Positions 1 through 12,262 of a DNA stretch of 64,000 nucleotides are shown in pieces. A program made the position numbers and the translations under genes. The stretch comes from Cyanophora paradoxa CCMP329 (lineage: Eukaryota > Plantae > Glaucophyta): the NCBI GenBank assembly GCA_004431415.1, contig QPMI01000089.1:62001-126000 (forward strand), in the 5' to 3' direction. The first letter of the stretch is position 1, and each line of letters begins with the position of its first letter. The notes under the pieces are model-generated. The model had not been told where the DNA came from and made no database searches. It was given only the letters and a program-made list of their open reading frames with translations.

Positions 1-551
1 AGCTTTCCGCATGCACGCCCTCGCATGCTCACGCATGGGCATTGCTACAGTATTCATTTGAGCTCTTTGTAAAGCTTTGCGCGAGCTCTGCGGACGGCGG
101 CAATCCAGCCGACGCAAAACTTCGATCCTGGCCACGCCTGCACATCTTTCCGCGCGCCCTCGCCTCCGCAGACCTGCACATCGATGCTATATGCGTTCGA
201 GATTCTTTTTAAGCGATTCGCAAGCTCTGTGCATGCGCCTGGCCGCGAGAACCTCGCCCCTGCCGGGCCTCCTTCCCAACAATATTATATAATTAATCTC
301 CTCTCAAACTAGATCGATCTGCTCCACTCTTTAATTATTTCCTCGCTCAGTACATAATGGCATTAATATTACTCTAGCTAGCCGACCAGCGTTAGCTGGA
401 CTGGCCGTCAGCCAGCCAGCTTCTAGCCAGAAAGCTGTTCGCGATCGGCCAGGCCGCTGGCCAGTGCCCTATATATAGGCCTACTGTGACAGCCGCGAGG
501 GCGTCCGCGAGGCTTCGCCGTACTTAGTGCTCCGCAGGAGCACGGATCTTG
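1..551 (+). mobile_element. 3' part of a non-autonomous Helitron (upstream copy of a head-to-tail pair)
   Basis: Homologous to ~1600-2133. Ends with hairpin GTGCTCC-GCA-GGAGCAC, then GGAT-CTTG (548-551), directly abutting the TC start of the next copy. Confidence 0.7.
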
Positions 552-2133
552 TCTCAAACCCAAAAACCGCCGATATAAATTCCTTTTTTAACCTTTTTTT
601 CCACTCGAGATCCCCCCTGCTAAATAATTTCCGCGTCGCACTCCCTCGAGGACGAATTATTAATTCTGCCTCGACGCGGACGCGATTGCTGCTGGTAACA
701 CAGCTCCCCGAACCCGCACACAGCCATTTTTAGCGTCCTGGCTCCCCTAAGACGACCGCTCGCCCGTGGGCGTCGCGCGAATTTCGAGTTTCCCTCTGGA
801 TCAATTCCGGTACTTGACCTCCGACAAACGCAGTCCGCATCAGAAGGTGGGACCCGGTCCCGCCCGGTCCCGCGACGAAATCGCGCCAGGGACGCCCCAG
901 AGCGATGCAGAAAGAGAGCCGAGGGCGAGCGCATCGCCGCAAGCTCGATTTCGGGCGCCGTCGGCGCTCCACTGCGAAGAGCCGGCCGAAAATTTGATCC
1001 GGCCGGTTCCGGCCGGTCCCGCGACACGCGCAATCGATGCGTACTGGCGCGCATAGACATAGAAGGGCCTGCGCACCCCCGAAATCCGCTTTTCCGAGCC
1101 GGAGCAGCGCAGGAAGGCTCCCGGCGGCAAAAATTCGATCCTGCACGGGCCTGGACATCTTTCCGCGCGCCCGCGCTGCGGCGCATGCGCGGACCAATAG
1201 TATGAGCATTTGAGATGTAGACAAAGCATTCCGCACGGTTTACGGATGTGCCGGGCCGCGAGGACCCAGCCGACCCCGAAAATTCGATCCTTCACGGACC
1301 TGCACGTCTTTCCGCGCGCCCTCGCATCCTCACGCAAGCACATCGCTACTATATTCATTTGGGATTTTATCAAAGCCTTCCACAAGCTTCGAAGACGCGA
1401 AAGAGCACGAGAACCCAGCCGGCGGCAAAAATTCGATCCTGCACGGGCCCGGACATCTTTCCGCGTGCCCACGCCGCGGTGCATGCGCGGAACAATAGCA
1501 TAAGCATTTGAGATGTAGAAGAAGCTTTCCGCACGCTTTACAGATGCGCCGGGCCGCGGGGACCCAGCCGACCCCGAAAATTCGATCCTGGACAGACCTG
1601 CACATCTTTCCGCGCGCCCTCGCATCCTCACCGTGGCACGCACGGGCATCGCTACAATATTCATCAGAGATGTTTTAAAAGCCTTTCGCAAGCTCTGCGG
1701 ACGCAACAGGGCGCGGCAATCCAGCCGACGCAAAAATTCGATCCTGGCCACGCCTGCACATCTTTCCGCGCGCCCTCGCCTCCGCAAGCCTACACATCGA
1801 TGCTATATGCATTCGAGATTCTGTTTAAGCGATTCGCGAGATCTGTGCATGCGCCTGGCCGCAAGAACCTCGCCCCTCCCGGGCCTCCTTCCCAACAATA
1901 TTATATAATTAATCTCCTCTCAATCTGCTCCACCCTTTATTTCCTCAGTACATTAATATTCCTCTAGCCGGCCAGCGCTAGCTGGACTGGCCGTCAGCCA
2001 GCCAGCTTCCAGCCAGAAAGCTGTTCGCGATCGGCCAGGCCGCTGGCCAGTGCCCTATAGGCCTACTGTGACAGCCGCGAGGGCGTCCGCGAGGCTTCGC
2101 CGTACTTAGTGCTCCGCAGGAGCACGGATCTTG
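552..2133 (+). mobile_element. Non-autonomous Helitron, ~1.58 kb, with internal ~150-bp subrepeats
   Basis: 5' TC at 552. 3' hairpin at 2109-2125, then CTTG (2130-2133) and a T. No TIR or TSD. Internal units carry AAATTCGATCCT...ATCTTTCCGCGCGCCC. Confidence 0.72.
1120..1790. repeat. ~150-bp tandem repeat organised as an alternating ~300-bp dimer
   Basis: AAATTCGATCC recurs at ~1131, 1280, 1430, 1579 and 1734. Units 1/3 and 2/4 resemble each other most. Confidence 0.85.
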
Positions 2134-2164
2134 TAGACCACTTATGGTAACAAAGTTAAATATT

Positions 2165-2420
2165 TAATTGATTTAATCGAAAAAGAACATGATTTAATCG
2201 AATTTATTGATATAATTCCGATTAGATTCATTTAGGATTCAATTAAGATCAATCGAAGTTATTGATATAATTCCGATTAACTCTAATTAAGATACAATAT
2301 CGATTAATCGAGTTTATCGATATAACATCGATTAAATTAATTGAAAATGCATATAAAAATATGAAAATTCCTGTGAAAATTCAAATAAATTAATCGATTT
2401 TATTGATATAACATCGAATC
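2165..2420. repeat. AT-rich degenerate ~55-60-bp repeats
   Basis: TAATCGA..TTATTGATATAA(T/C) recurs at ~2195, 2251, 2305 and 2391. Confidence 0.6.
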
Positions 2421-3839
2421 ACACATATGAATATTCATATTTTGTTCCGCCTCAGGATTAAAATATGAATATTCATATGTGTCAGTTTGCCAGGAACGAC
2501 TTGCCCTGTCGCGTCGGTCCTGCGATGTCAGTTGCAATCGCGAGCGTCAGTCGTGCATATGATCGATCAACACGCACAATTGCGCATGCAAGCGATCGTG
2601 CGCATGCGCAAGTCATAAGCGCGATCACGCGTGATCATAATTAAGCACCTAATATATATGACTAGCTATAGCTATAGCTATAGCTATCTATATAAATATA
2701 GTACGATGTAACGCGTACGCGATCCGAAGATCGACACTCATACATACCTAGAATGGAAACGAATCGGAAGCCTGGGCGGCCGTCAGACAGCTTCTTTCGA
2801 GATGCTGGCGGCACATGTACGCCGATGCTACTGGGACCGTCTTCTGAGGGCTTCAAGAGCTCGAGATGCACGAAACTCGAGCTCATGATCATGCTAGCTA
2901 TAGCGCTGTATACGTGTACGCTCAAGCTTGCCGTCCACGGGTGCGCATCCGTATGCCGCGGCCGTACGTATACGTAGATAGCTGCAGACCAGCCTGGGCC
3001 GGGCCAGGATCCCCCCGCCGGGCCGGCCTAGCTACTAGTATAAAGGCCTGGACGTCGACGTGTATATACGTATATGTCGATCCATCGCGATCGGCCAACG
3101 ACGGTCATGCCACTGCCAGTGGCGCGGCATGCGCTCTGTCATACGTGATCTCGAATGGAGTACTAGTAACATGATCACTGAGTCACGGCACCGGTACCAG
3201 TACTAGTAAACGTACTGTCACAGCTGCAGTGTGTCAGTCAGAGTCAGAGTCACTGCACTGTGTTAGTCTGTGTGCCGTCAGCCTGGCAGTGCCAGTCACT
3301 GATTCACTGACTCGTCACGGCGTGAGTGTTCACGAGGCTGACACGAGCTCGAGCCACGGCCGGTGCGTACATGAGTAACATGACTCAGTAAAGTGCACTG
3401 TCAATGCATATATATCATGGTATCACGGAGTCATGTCGGAATATTTTTAATCTGCACTTCATGATCATCAGCTGCAGAAGGTTATAAAATCTGGCCCTCC
3501 CTTGTTTAGGCGAAATATCAGTCCCAAAATCTATATGCATGCTTGTATATATATATGGGGCGGTAATTATAATATTTCATGCTGTGGCCAACTTGGGGGG
3601 TTACGTAATTGTTTTTGAGAGACTACGTAGACAGTAGACTAGAGTCCCAAATTAACAGATTATGCCAAAATTTCGGTCTGTTAATTTGGGATTCTAGATC
3701 TGCTAATATTAGAGAGTCCAGTATTCACACACGTTAATTATAACCGTGACGTGCGCGTATCTTCCGAGTTCGCGAATCTTCATGATCATGAACTCTTCGA
3801 CTCTTCATCATGAACACTGTTCGCGATCGTCAATCGATG

Positions 3840-4056
3840 CTGTCATGGTATTATGTTAGACGGGTATTAAGTTAGACGCGGATAGACGAGAAATTTAGCT
3901 CGTCTAACTTAATCCCCGTCTAACTGCCCGCAAAGGGGGTATACCATAGTGCCGCCTGTATGGAGCGGCCACAACCTCGTCTAACTTTGTCCACGTCTAT
4001 CACGGTGGGTGGGCGAACGTCTAACTAAATACCCGTCTAACATAATACCATGACAG
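3840..4056. mobile_element. MITE, 217 bp, ~39-bp terminal inverted repeats
   Basis: CTGTCATGGTATTATGTTAGACGGGTATTAAGTTAGACG at 3840 pairs with ...CGTCTAACTAAATACCCGTCTAACATAATACCATGACAG ending at 4056 (1 mismatch). Internal CGTCTAAC motifs. Confidence 0.85.
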
Positions 4057-5041
4057 TATCGCCGATTCGGCGAGACCCGGCCCCGCATGCGCATTGGCCA
4101 TGGGCTGAGTCTCAGCCTGAGTGGGCTAGCGCTCTGCCGCCAGCCTCTGCATGCGCATTGCGCATGCGATATGCGGGCCAGATCTAGACGCCTACGCTGG
4201 TCGGCTTGTCAGCTGGCTGGCTAGCGCCACGTGCACTGCTGCGGCCGTCCAAGTTTCTGGCGTGCAGCCAAGTTTTGGCTAGCGCTACCCCGGTAGCGCT
4301 GCAGCTAGCGCTGGAAGCCTCTGGGGCCTGGGCCAGCAATTGCTATGTCGGCTTGGGCTGGCCGGGCCTCAGGGCCTGGCCCGCTATCACGATTCACGAT
4401 CAAGATCTCAAGATCTTAGGGATCTGTTTGAATTCAGGAATCTTCCGAGACTGAACATGAAGATCTAGAACAAGCAGGGGGGCAAGCCCCCCCGCACCCC
4501 CCCATTTAATAATCGTTCTGATGTTTTCTGACATCGCCGAGTCGATGCATTTGCTGAGTAATCAAATATAAGTTGGTCTCGGTGCCTTCAACGATGAATC
4601 GCAAATTAATCTCGCGAGTAATCCATAACCTTGCGAACTCTGGATCCAGCTGCATGCGCATGCGCAGTCGACGTCTGAGCGCAAAACACGCATGTGATAT
4701 CGATTGTATACGTAATTAAGTACCACATTTGCACAAGCTGCTGTTTGCAACATTAAATCGTGGCGGGCAGCTCTAGCTGTACACGGGGGGGTTCGCCGAA
4801 TCGCGCACAGTATCTCTGAAAAATGCCAGATCTAGAATTTTTCAGCCGCAGCTGCCGCAGTGCAGGTCTAGGGCACTGATCATGCATGATCATGAGGCAA
4901 AAGAATAATTTTCCTCAGCTTAAAGCTGCGTCTTCGATTAGCATCGCCTTTTCGAATTCATGATCAGGATCCGGAGGCTGCGTTGACTCCGCCTGCAGCA
5001 GCTGCTGATGTGCTCCTTTACGACAAGCGCTAGCGCTTTTG

Positions 5042-5227
5042 CTAGCGCTAGCCACGTACGCGTGCACTGTGCACATGCATATGTACAGAAACTGCAGCTG
5101 CAGCTGCCGCATGCGCTGCGCATGCGCTGCCCTTTCTAGCGCTAGCCACGTACGCGTGCACTGTGCACATGCATATGTACAGAAACTGCAGCTGCAGCTG
5201 CCGCATGCGCTGCGCATGCGCTGCCCT
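5042..5227. repeat. Two-copy ~95-bp tandem duplication built from short palindromes
   Basis: CTAGCGCTAGCCACGTACGCGTGCACTGTGCAC...GCGCTGCCCT occurs at ~5042 and ~5137. Confidence 0.85.
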
Positions 5228-5440
5228 GCACTGCAGTACTTTCCGTTACTTTCCGTTACTTTCCGTTACTAGTACTGACAGTATCCGCCATATCCGCCGG
5301 CGCCAAGTTCCGTCGACGTCATCCGCGGATAATCCGCCACGTAGTCTCCGTTTGCAAACGATGTCAAAATCTAGCGTTTTGGGGAACGACGTCGTTTTGG
5401 GGAACTACGTTCGTCGATCGATATCCGATGATCGCAATCA

Positions 5441-5680
5441 GAAATAAACCGCGGCATAAATTACCGCGTTTTAAAACCCGGCCCGCCATATAGAGCAAAA
5501 TACCGCGGTATACGTACCAAATTACCGCGTTTTAAAATTGAAGGTTTCTATCATAGTATGGGGCGACTTCTCAGCAGGTAATTTCCGCGGTACCAAATTA
5601 TATAATTACCGCGTTCTTACAAACTTTTGGCGCGGTAATTTTGGTACCGCGGTAATTATAAGTGGGCGCGGTGTTTATTT
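5441..5680. mobile_element. Degenerate MITE/foldback-like element with AATTACCGCG motifs
   Basis: AATTACCGCG repeats on the left, CGCGGTAATT on the right. Ends AAATAAACCGCG / CGCGGTGTTTATTT are imperfectly inverted. Confidence 0.45.
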
Positions 5681-6438
5681 TACTAGAGGCTGTGGCCGGT
5701 AATTCACCAAAAAAAAATATATTAAATTAATTATGTGTTTTACGGTAGACGTCGGAGTCCGACGGTCCGGGTCCGCGCGCCACCGCCGGCGCGCGCGCGC
5801 GCCGCGACTCCCGGGCCCGCGAGTCGCGCCGCACCCCGTGACAACGTTAACGGTGGCAGCTGGCAATGCCTGGCATGCAGCAGGCTAAGCCAGCAGCTAG
5901 TGGGCTAGTAGTGGCTGCGGCAGCTGTCGCAGCCTGTCGGAGTCTACGCCGATGTCGACACTCGACGTGTTCGCACATGAGGGTTCATATTGGGTGCGAC
6001 AAAACGGGGAACTGAATCGAAACTGCCAAGCTCAGTGTCCGCTTGCGTCTTAAGTAATAAGTTATAACTTAGTATTTCGAATCCGAGTTCGATCGCCGAT
6101 CGCGCGCCGATCCGATGATCGCGATCGCGAACTCGGAATCGCGATCGGATATATATTGATCGATCGCGATCGCGCGCGCTCGATGAATTCGAAATACGCA
6201 TATGCATTACGACACCAGCTCTAGATCTAGCCTGGCAGGCTATGCCTGCGCATGCCAGCCTGGCAGCTCTAGTACTACGGTAGTAAGGTAGTACCGTAGT
6301 ACGAGCTGAGGCTACCTGAGGTCTAGTAGATCTGCAGGCGCGTGCGCGCGCAGCGCATGCGCATTCACTCGTGCTGCGGCAGCGGCAGTTGTAACTATTG
6401 CTTGAGCTGTCGCTAGCTATAGCGCTGTCCGACGGTCG

Positions 6439-9400
6439 ATGAAGCTGCTTTCGTGGACGTCGACTTCGGCAGCCGCAGGGGGGCGTGATCGCGCACTCGC
6501 CGCCGAGCCGGAAGGCCTTGCCCTTCTGCAATCAACCAAGCGCGTACGGCTTGTTTCTGTCATAGGCCCATGCCGCACGGGCAAGTCCTGGCTTGCAAAT
6601 CAACTTTGCGGCACTGGAACCTTCGTCGTTACCAATGGAAAGCCTGAGACCAAGGGAGCCCAGATTTCTCCTTTAGTGATCATGAGTTCGAGGCCTGCGC
6701 ACATGCATGCAGCTGCAGCTAACGCTGCAGCTGCCGCTGCTCCAACCCATGGCCAAGGAAGTCGAGGTGATGCATATGTGCACATGCGTCTATGTGTACG
6801 TACTATACATCAATAATATAACCCTGCATGAGTTGCACGCGTTCGCGAGTTGCTGATCGTGCATACGTATACGTATACGAATTTTCTCAGGAGTCAGTTC
6901 GGGTGGCCTATATTGACGCAGAGGGCTTTGGCGATGGATCGTTGGCGCATGATGCTAAAGTGGCGGGGCCGCTCCTCGCCGTGTCCTCGGCTGTCATTCT
7001 GAATGTGGACCAGAGCTGCTTCGGCGTTCAGAAAATGCTAGATGAAACCTCGCTCATAGCTCATGTCGCCATGCGCGCCATTGATGATCTGCGTCTCGAA
7101 GGTGATCGTGAATTTACTAGCTGACCGCGCCCGGCCCTGTGCAAGTGCGGCAAGTGCGGGCCGCGCGCGGAGGTGCAAGGGGGGGTACTGGTAAGCATCG
7201 CGGGATTGGCCGGTGCGGGCGGCCGCGGCGGACGATGCTTGCGGGGTGGGAGCTCGGAAGAGGAAGGTCGACGTCGGGATTTGAGTCAACGCGTACGCGT
7301 ATGGGCGCGAAGTCTATACCTAGTACCCCTAGTGAAAAAAAGGCCGCTGCGTCCTGCAGCAAGAGAAACAATAGGAGAATAGGAGCAGTGTGAGCAAGAG
7401 TTGTAGCTACGGCACGGCGCCCGGCCCAAGCTGGAGGCCCCCCCGGAGAAGAGGCGCGCGAAGAGGCGCGCAAACTCACCGTGTGGCTGATCATGAGAAG
7501 AAGATGCGCATGCGGAGCTGTTCGACGACAGGCCGCGATCTGCAACCGGGCGCCCAGTCAGAGAATTGGCCGCGCGCAGCGCACGAGCTCTTGGCGCTAG
7601 TTGTGCAGCCGGCACGCGAGCTCGCCTTCTGGTTGAGAAGAAGAAGTAGTGCTCGAAGCGACAGCAGACGACAGGCCGCGATCTGCAACCGGGCGCCCAG
7701 TCAGAGAGGTGGCGGCGCGGAGCAAGCTAGCTATGGGGCCGCTGGATCGTGAGCTCTGCGGCCACCGGCTCGCGGGCTCACCTTGCGGCTGAGAAGAAGA
7801 AGATGCGCAAGACGAGCTGTTCGACGACATGGCGAGATCTGCACCCGAGAGGTCATGCGCCGTCGGCGTCTATGCACACCCATCTCGGGATTGCCGGGCG
7901 GCATGGGAGTTCACCTTTAATCTCGCAAGAGAGGTGCATGTTTGAAGAAAACGCAATCGCCGAGCTCGGATCTGCGGGCGGCGGACGCGGGGCAGTCAGA
8001 ACCATCGTCGCGTCCACTCGGCCAAGCTTCGCGCACCGGAACGCGGCGTTGCGGGTGCCTTCTTCCTGCACTCTCTCACGTGCTTGTACAGGTTCTTCGG
8101 CTGCTGCCGGTGCTCGCCGCAACCCACGCATCTGCCGCCAGGAGCGCAGCCCCGGCTGTGTCCGCACGGCGCCGAGCAGAGCTGAACTTCGCTTTCGGAT
8201 ATGTCGGGCGGCAGGTCCGCACCGCGCCTCCGTCCAGATGGAAGCGCCATCCGGGTACTGCAAGACGATTTTTTGTTTTTATATGTCCGGGTACTGGAAG
8301 ACGATTTCGGCTCCAAACTCGCAGGAGCGCTTCTTTCCGGCGCCCGGTACAATAGGTACTTGAGGCGGCCTAGCGCGCCGCGCACCGCTTCTCGAGCCCT
8401 GGCATGTATGACGAAGTTTGTAGAGCGCATCGAGAGCAATCACGAGCACGTGGTCCGGCGCGTATAGCAATAGCAGGTGAGGCGCAACTTCGACATGTTT
8501 GCGCAGCCCCGCCCGTGCATTTTTTTCCGCCGCTCGCAGCGGCTACGATGCGATCACACCTATACGAGAGCGCATGCAAAGAATCGCATCTTACAAAAAT
8601 TGCTAACACAGAAAGTACGCAGCAGCAACTCACCAGGGGAGCAAGGGAGGGGGTACCCCCCCTTGCAATATACGTATACGTAAACATATGCATATGCGAG
8701 CATTCTTCCGACTATAATCTTATCTACAGGCACTTCATCATGGCGCCGGCTCTTCAGTTTCTCATCGCGATCCAGTAAAGCTTTGGGATCCCCAGGTAAT
8801 TAGACCGGCATTCGATTCTTTGACATTATAATGGCATTCTTTGACATTATAATTATAATGGCATTCTTGGATTACAAACCCCATATATTTCTTACATACC
8901 GGTACCATGCAGAGAACTCACGCAAACCGTTTGGTGCTCTGTACATCGTATATCGGAACTGGACGAACAGTTTGAAAGCACATGAGATCGAAGCACGGCT
9001 CCTGACAGATGAAGAGGGCAATTCTAACGAGGCCGTCGCTAAAAACAATCTTCGCGCACTTCTGCGTGCGGCCTTCTCGCGCATCACTGTCCACTGCATG
9101 CCCTCTCCCGCCTCAGACGCAATAATTCAATCCAAACCAAGCTTGCCGTTTGAATCCACAAGCAAAGAGTTCAAGCGTTCATTGGATGAGCTCCGCCGCG
9201 ACATTGAAGAGTACCTGCTGCAGCTGAGCCCCGTCTCATCCAGCGCTGGCGGTCTTCCTGCCGCTCGATGCAACGGCACCATGGCAGCAGCGCTTCTTCA
9301 TCAGCTCACAGTGCGTTTTCTTTTGAGTTTAAAGTACACGTATATTTTGCATGCATTTGTAGATATATGCATGACGCAGATAAAGCCCGGGATAAGCATT

Positions 9401-11318
9401 GTCAGCGCTCTAGAGGCAGCACGCGAGATGGCTGCACACAACGCAGCAGATGCGATGGTTCAGCGGCATCTGGTTCCTTTGCCAGCCGACAGCTTGCTTG
9501 CAAATCAGGAAGCAGAGGCGGAAATTCGCGGCCGGTGCAAAGCTGCCGCCAGAGCCCTCAACAGCCAGGTCCGCTGCGACGCCGGGAATTGAAAACCATT
9601 CGAGAGATGCCTAATACGTATACAAATATTCCCACAGCTCTCGGCAATCTTCGAAGGAAATGAAGACAAGATCAAACGGCACGTTCTAATTATAATAATT
9701 AATTAGATCTAGAGTCTAATTAGAGTACAGTTTCATGGAGGAGCTGGCGGCACCATGCCTTGCCTTTCTACATCGTGAGACCACCGCTGCCACCGAGCGT
9801 CTCAGGGTTGCGGAAATCAAGGTGCACGTGGGCTCGTGAGTGTACATTGCTGCAGCTAGCGCTGGATCGTCTTGTGATTAGCATGATCAACTCTATTATT
9901 ATATTGAGTTTGACTATGCATTGATTATAATTATATTTGCAATTGGAAAAATTAATCGCAATTTATTGGAATGAATTCCAGTTGATTCGCTTGTCGACAG
10001 GTTTTCCAGGAGGCATCAAGACTGATCCATTCCGTGAGCAATGATCTGTGTGTCGCATCCTTCAGTTTCGACACGTCGCGACCGAACGATCAACGTCGGC
10101 TGAACCTGCACACCACCCTCACCATTTCTGTCGGCCATGGCAAGAGGCAGATGGAAATATGTCTGCCCAAACCGGGAACGACAGCACAGCAGGTGGTCTC
10201 GAACATTCTGGACACAGTTCTGCATGAAGCCCGCATCCAGGCGCATACCGAAAACTCCGACGCGATCACAAGGACCCTCGCCGCGCGTAAGGAGGTGCGT
10301 ATTAAGCAATATTAATAAAAATTTTAGAGCAAAAAGGAGAACTCTAGATCTGACTGATACGCAGGATTTGCTCCCCCGGATCGCGGCTGCTTTCGCGATT
10401 GCAAATGAGAAAGCGATCACTAGCAGCTGCCTTGCTGTCGACAAGGCGCTTGGTTTGTTCCTTTAATAAACTCCGCTTTCGTCAGCTTATAGTATTTATA
10501 ATTAGCAGCTCACGTGTACGGGGGTCCGTCGGGGAATCGATTGCGCAGTCCGAGAAAAGGAGATTTTGCGGAATTCCGAGGCGGTACTCACGGAAGTGCA
10601 TCAAGGCATTTTGACTCGGGAGGCTCTCAGAGAGAAACTGGAGCGGCTTGTAACCGAATGGCCGACGGATCCGGACGAGACACTGACAAAACGTGTGGCA
10701 GACCGCGTGCTGAAGTGCAAAATGGAGGGAGCTGCAGAGCGGGAGGCCGTCCTGAGTCGCCTGTTGGCAGCGCACAAATGCAAGGCGCGAGAGAAGCTAC
10801 GGGAGGCAGGCTGCCGAGTGGAGGAACAGATCCGGTTGGATGTGGACTCGCTCTGGCGAGCGGAGCTCGAGACGAATCCGAGCACGAAAGCAGCCGCAGC
10901 GGTGGTCCCGGCGGATGCAAACCGCGAGCTCGGAAGGCTTCAAAATTTAGCGCAGGAAGCACGGCAAAATGCAGACAAGCGACGGGCGGAAGAGGAGACG
11001 ATCGCGAAGGCAAAGGCCGAGGAGGAGCGTCTCAAGGGCGAGTCGGAGGCTGCAAAGAAGCGAATCGAGGATGAGAAAAAGCAACAAGCTAAGAAGGAGC
11101 TGAGCAGCACGCGCATTTCGACCCCTTCAACGCCTGTTCATGTGTACAGATCTAGAGCGCCCAGCCCTACATATATGCGTGCAGCTGCAGCTGCAGCCAT
11201 GTACAGCTACATGTACAGCCAGCTCCCAGTTTCGTTTCCGGCTGTCCGCCCGATCTTCTATGGGCCACGTGGAGGGAGATTTCATATTACCTCTGGAGGA
11301 AATCGGAAATACTTTTAG
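6439..11318 (+). CDS. Guanylate-binding protein (GBP)/atlastin-family large GTPase, multi-exon, with helical tail and C-terminal PBCV-type basic adaptor motif
   Basis: G1 GPCRTGKS, G3 IDAEGFG, LLAVSSAVILN, FGALYIVYRNW, NNLRALLRAAF..MPSP. About 10 exons join in frame with GT/GC-AG sites. Coiled-coil tail; ends PIFYGPRGGRFHITSGGNRKYF. Confidence 0.85.
7174..8667. mobile_element. Non-autonomous insertion within the GBP intron (7102-8729)
   Basis: 15-bp inverted match TGCAAGGGGGGGTAC (7174-7188) / GTACCCCCCCTTGCA (8653-8667). The right copy is part of a hairpin. Three internal ~150-bp repeats at ~7495, 7635 and 7790. Confidence 0.5.
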
Positions 11319-11707
11319 GCTGAAGCAGACGTATTGCAGGAGGATATCGTAGATACGTATACGTCCGCTGACGTCGGACTGAGTTTGCCACATGTACATC
11401 GCCTCAGGTCGTCACTGAGGCAATGCGCCTCTTTGTCATATAATCATAATCTTATAATTAACAAGCGATCGATATCGCCGCGATCGCTTTTTCATTGCTT
11501 TCATCGCTTTCATCGCGTACTACGGTAGTCGCACTGGATCATTGCAATTGGGCATTGAAAAAGATTTTGGATCATTGGATATATATCGAGAAAGATGTTT
11601 TAGTAGTTCGTGTCTAGTGCAGTCCTCATTTTAATACAGAGGTTGCGTTCCATATTTCCATCTTTCAGTTATCTGGTCTCTTCGATGCAATTGCAAATTC
11701 TGCTCCC

Positions 11708-12262
11708 GCGACATCCGTGGCTTCGGTGGCGGCGGCGGCGTCGGCTCCTCCTTCTCTTCTGCGGGGGCCGAGACGCGCATGGATTCCGGGGGCGTGGGCG
11801 CCGGGGGCGGCGAGGGCGCCGGGGGCGTGGCGGGCGTCCCTGGGGCAGAGGCGACCGAGGAGCGGCGTGGCGTGGGGCGCGGAGCGCCGGGGGCGCCGAG
11901 GGCGGGCCGGGGCGCGGCGGCCCCCAGGCTCGGGGCTCTGGGAGGCGGAGGGGCGGCGCGGGGCGAGGGGCGTCGACTGCCCCGCGAGCCCCGCTGCGAG
12001 CGGGCGCCGCGGGGAGGGCGAGGGCGCCCGCGGGCTCGTGTCCGAGGGCGGGTGCGGGGCGAGCTGCCCGGTCGAGTGCGGCGGGGAGGAGGAGGCGGAG
12101 GAGAGGCGGCGGGCGCGCGGGCTGAGGGGCGACGCGGCGAGGCCGGGGAGGGGGGGCGGAGGCCCTCGCCCGCGAGTCCAATCTCGGCGGGCGGGGGGGC
12201 CGGCGCGAGGCCCGTGCACGTGGCGAGGCTGACGCGGCGGCGCTGCGGACCGGGGGCCCGTT
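11708..12262 (-). pseudogene. Inverted duplicate of an internal exon segment (~29515-30070) of the EF-hand/Pro-rich gene
   Basis: Translates PQRRRVSLAT...RRSSVASAPGTPATPPAPSPPPAPTPPES...KPRMSRE, near-identical to the 28580-30721 ORF. Confidence 0.85.

Noticed and set aside
620-1908. ORFs in the Helitron repeats
   Set aside because: They are translations of tandem repeats with no Rep or helicase motifs.
8730-8795. In-frame stop (AIQ*) suggesting the GBP gene is a pseudogene
   Set aside because: Splice phases select another frame (GTSSWRRLFSFSSRSSKALGSP) that is open and joins both neighbouring exons.
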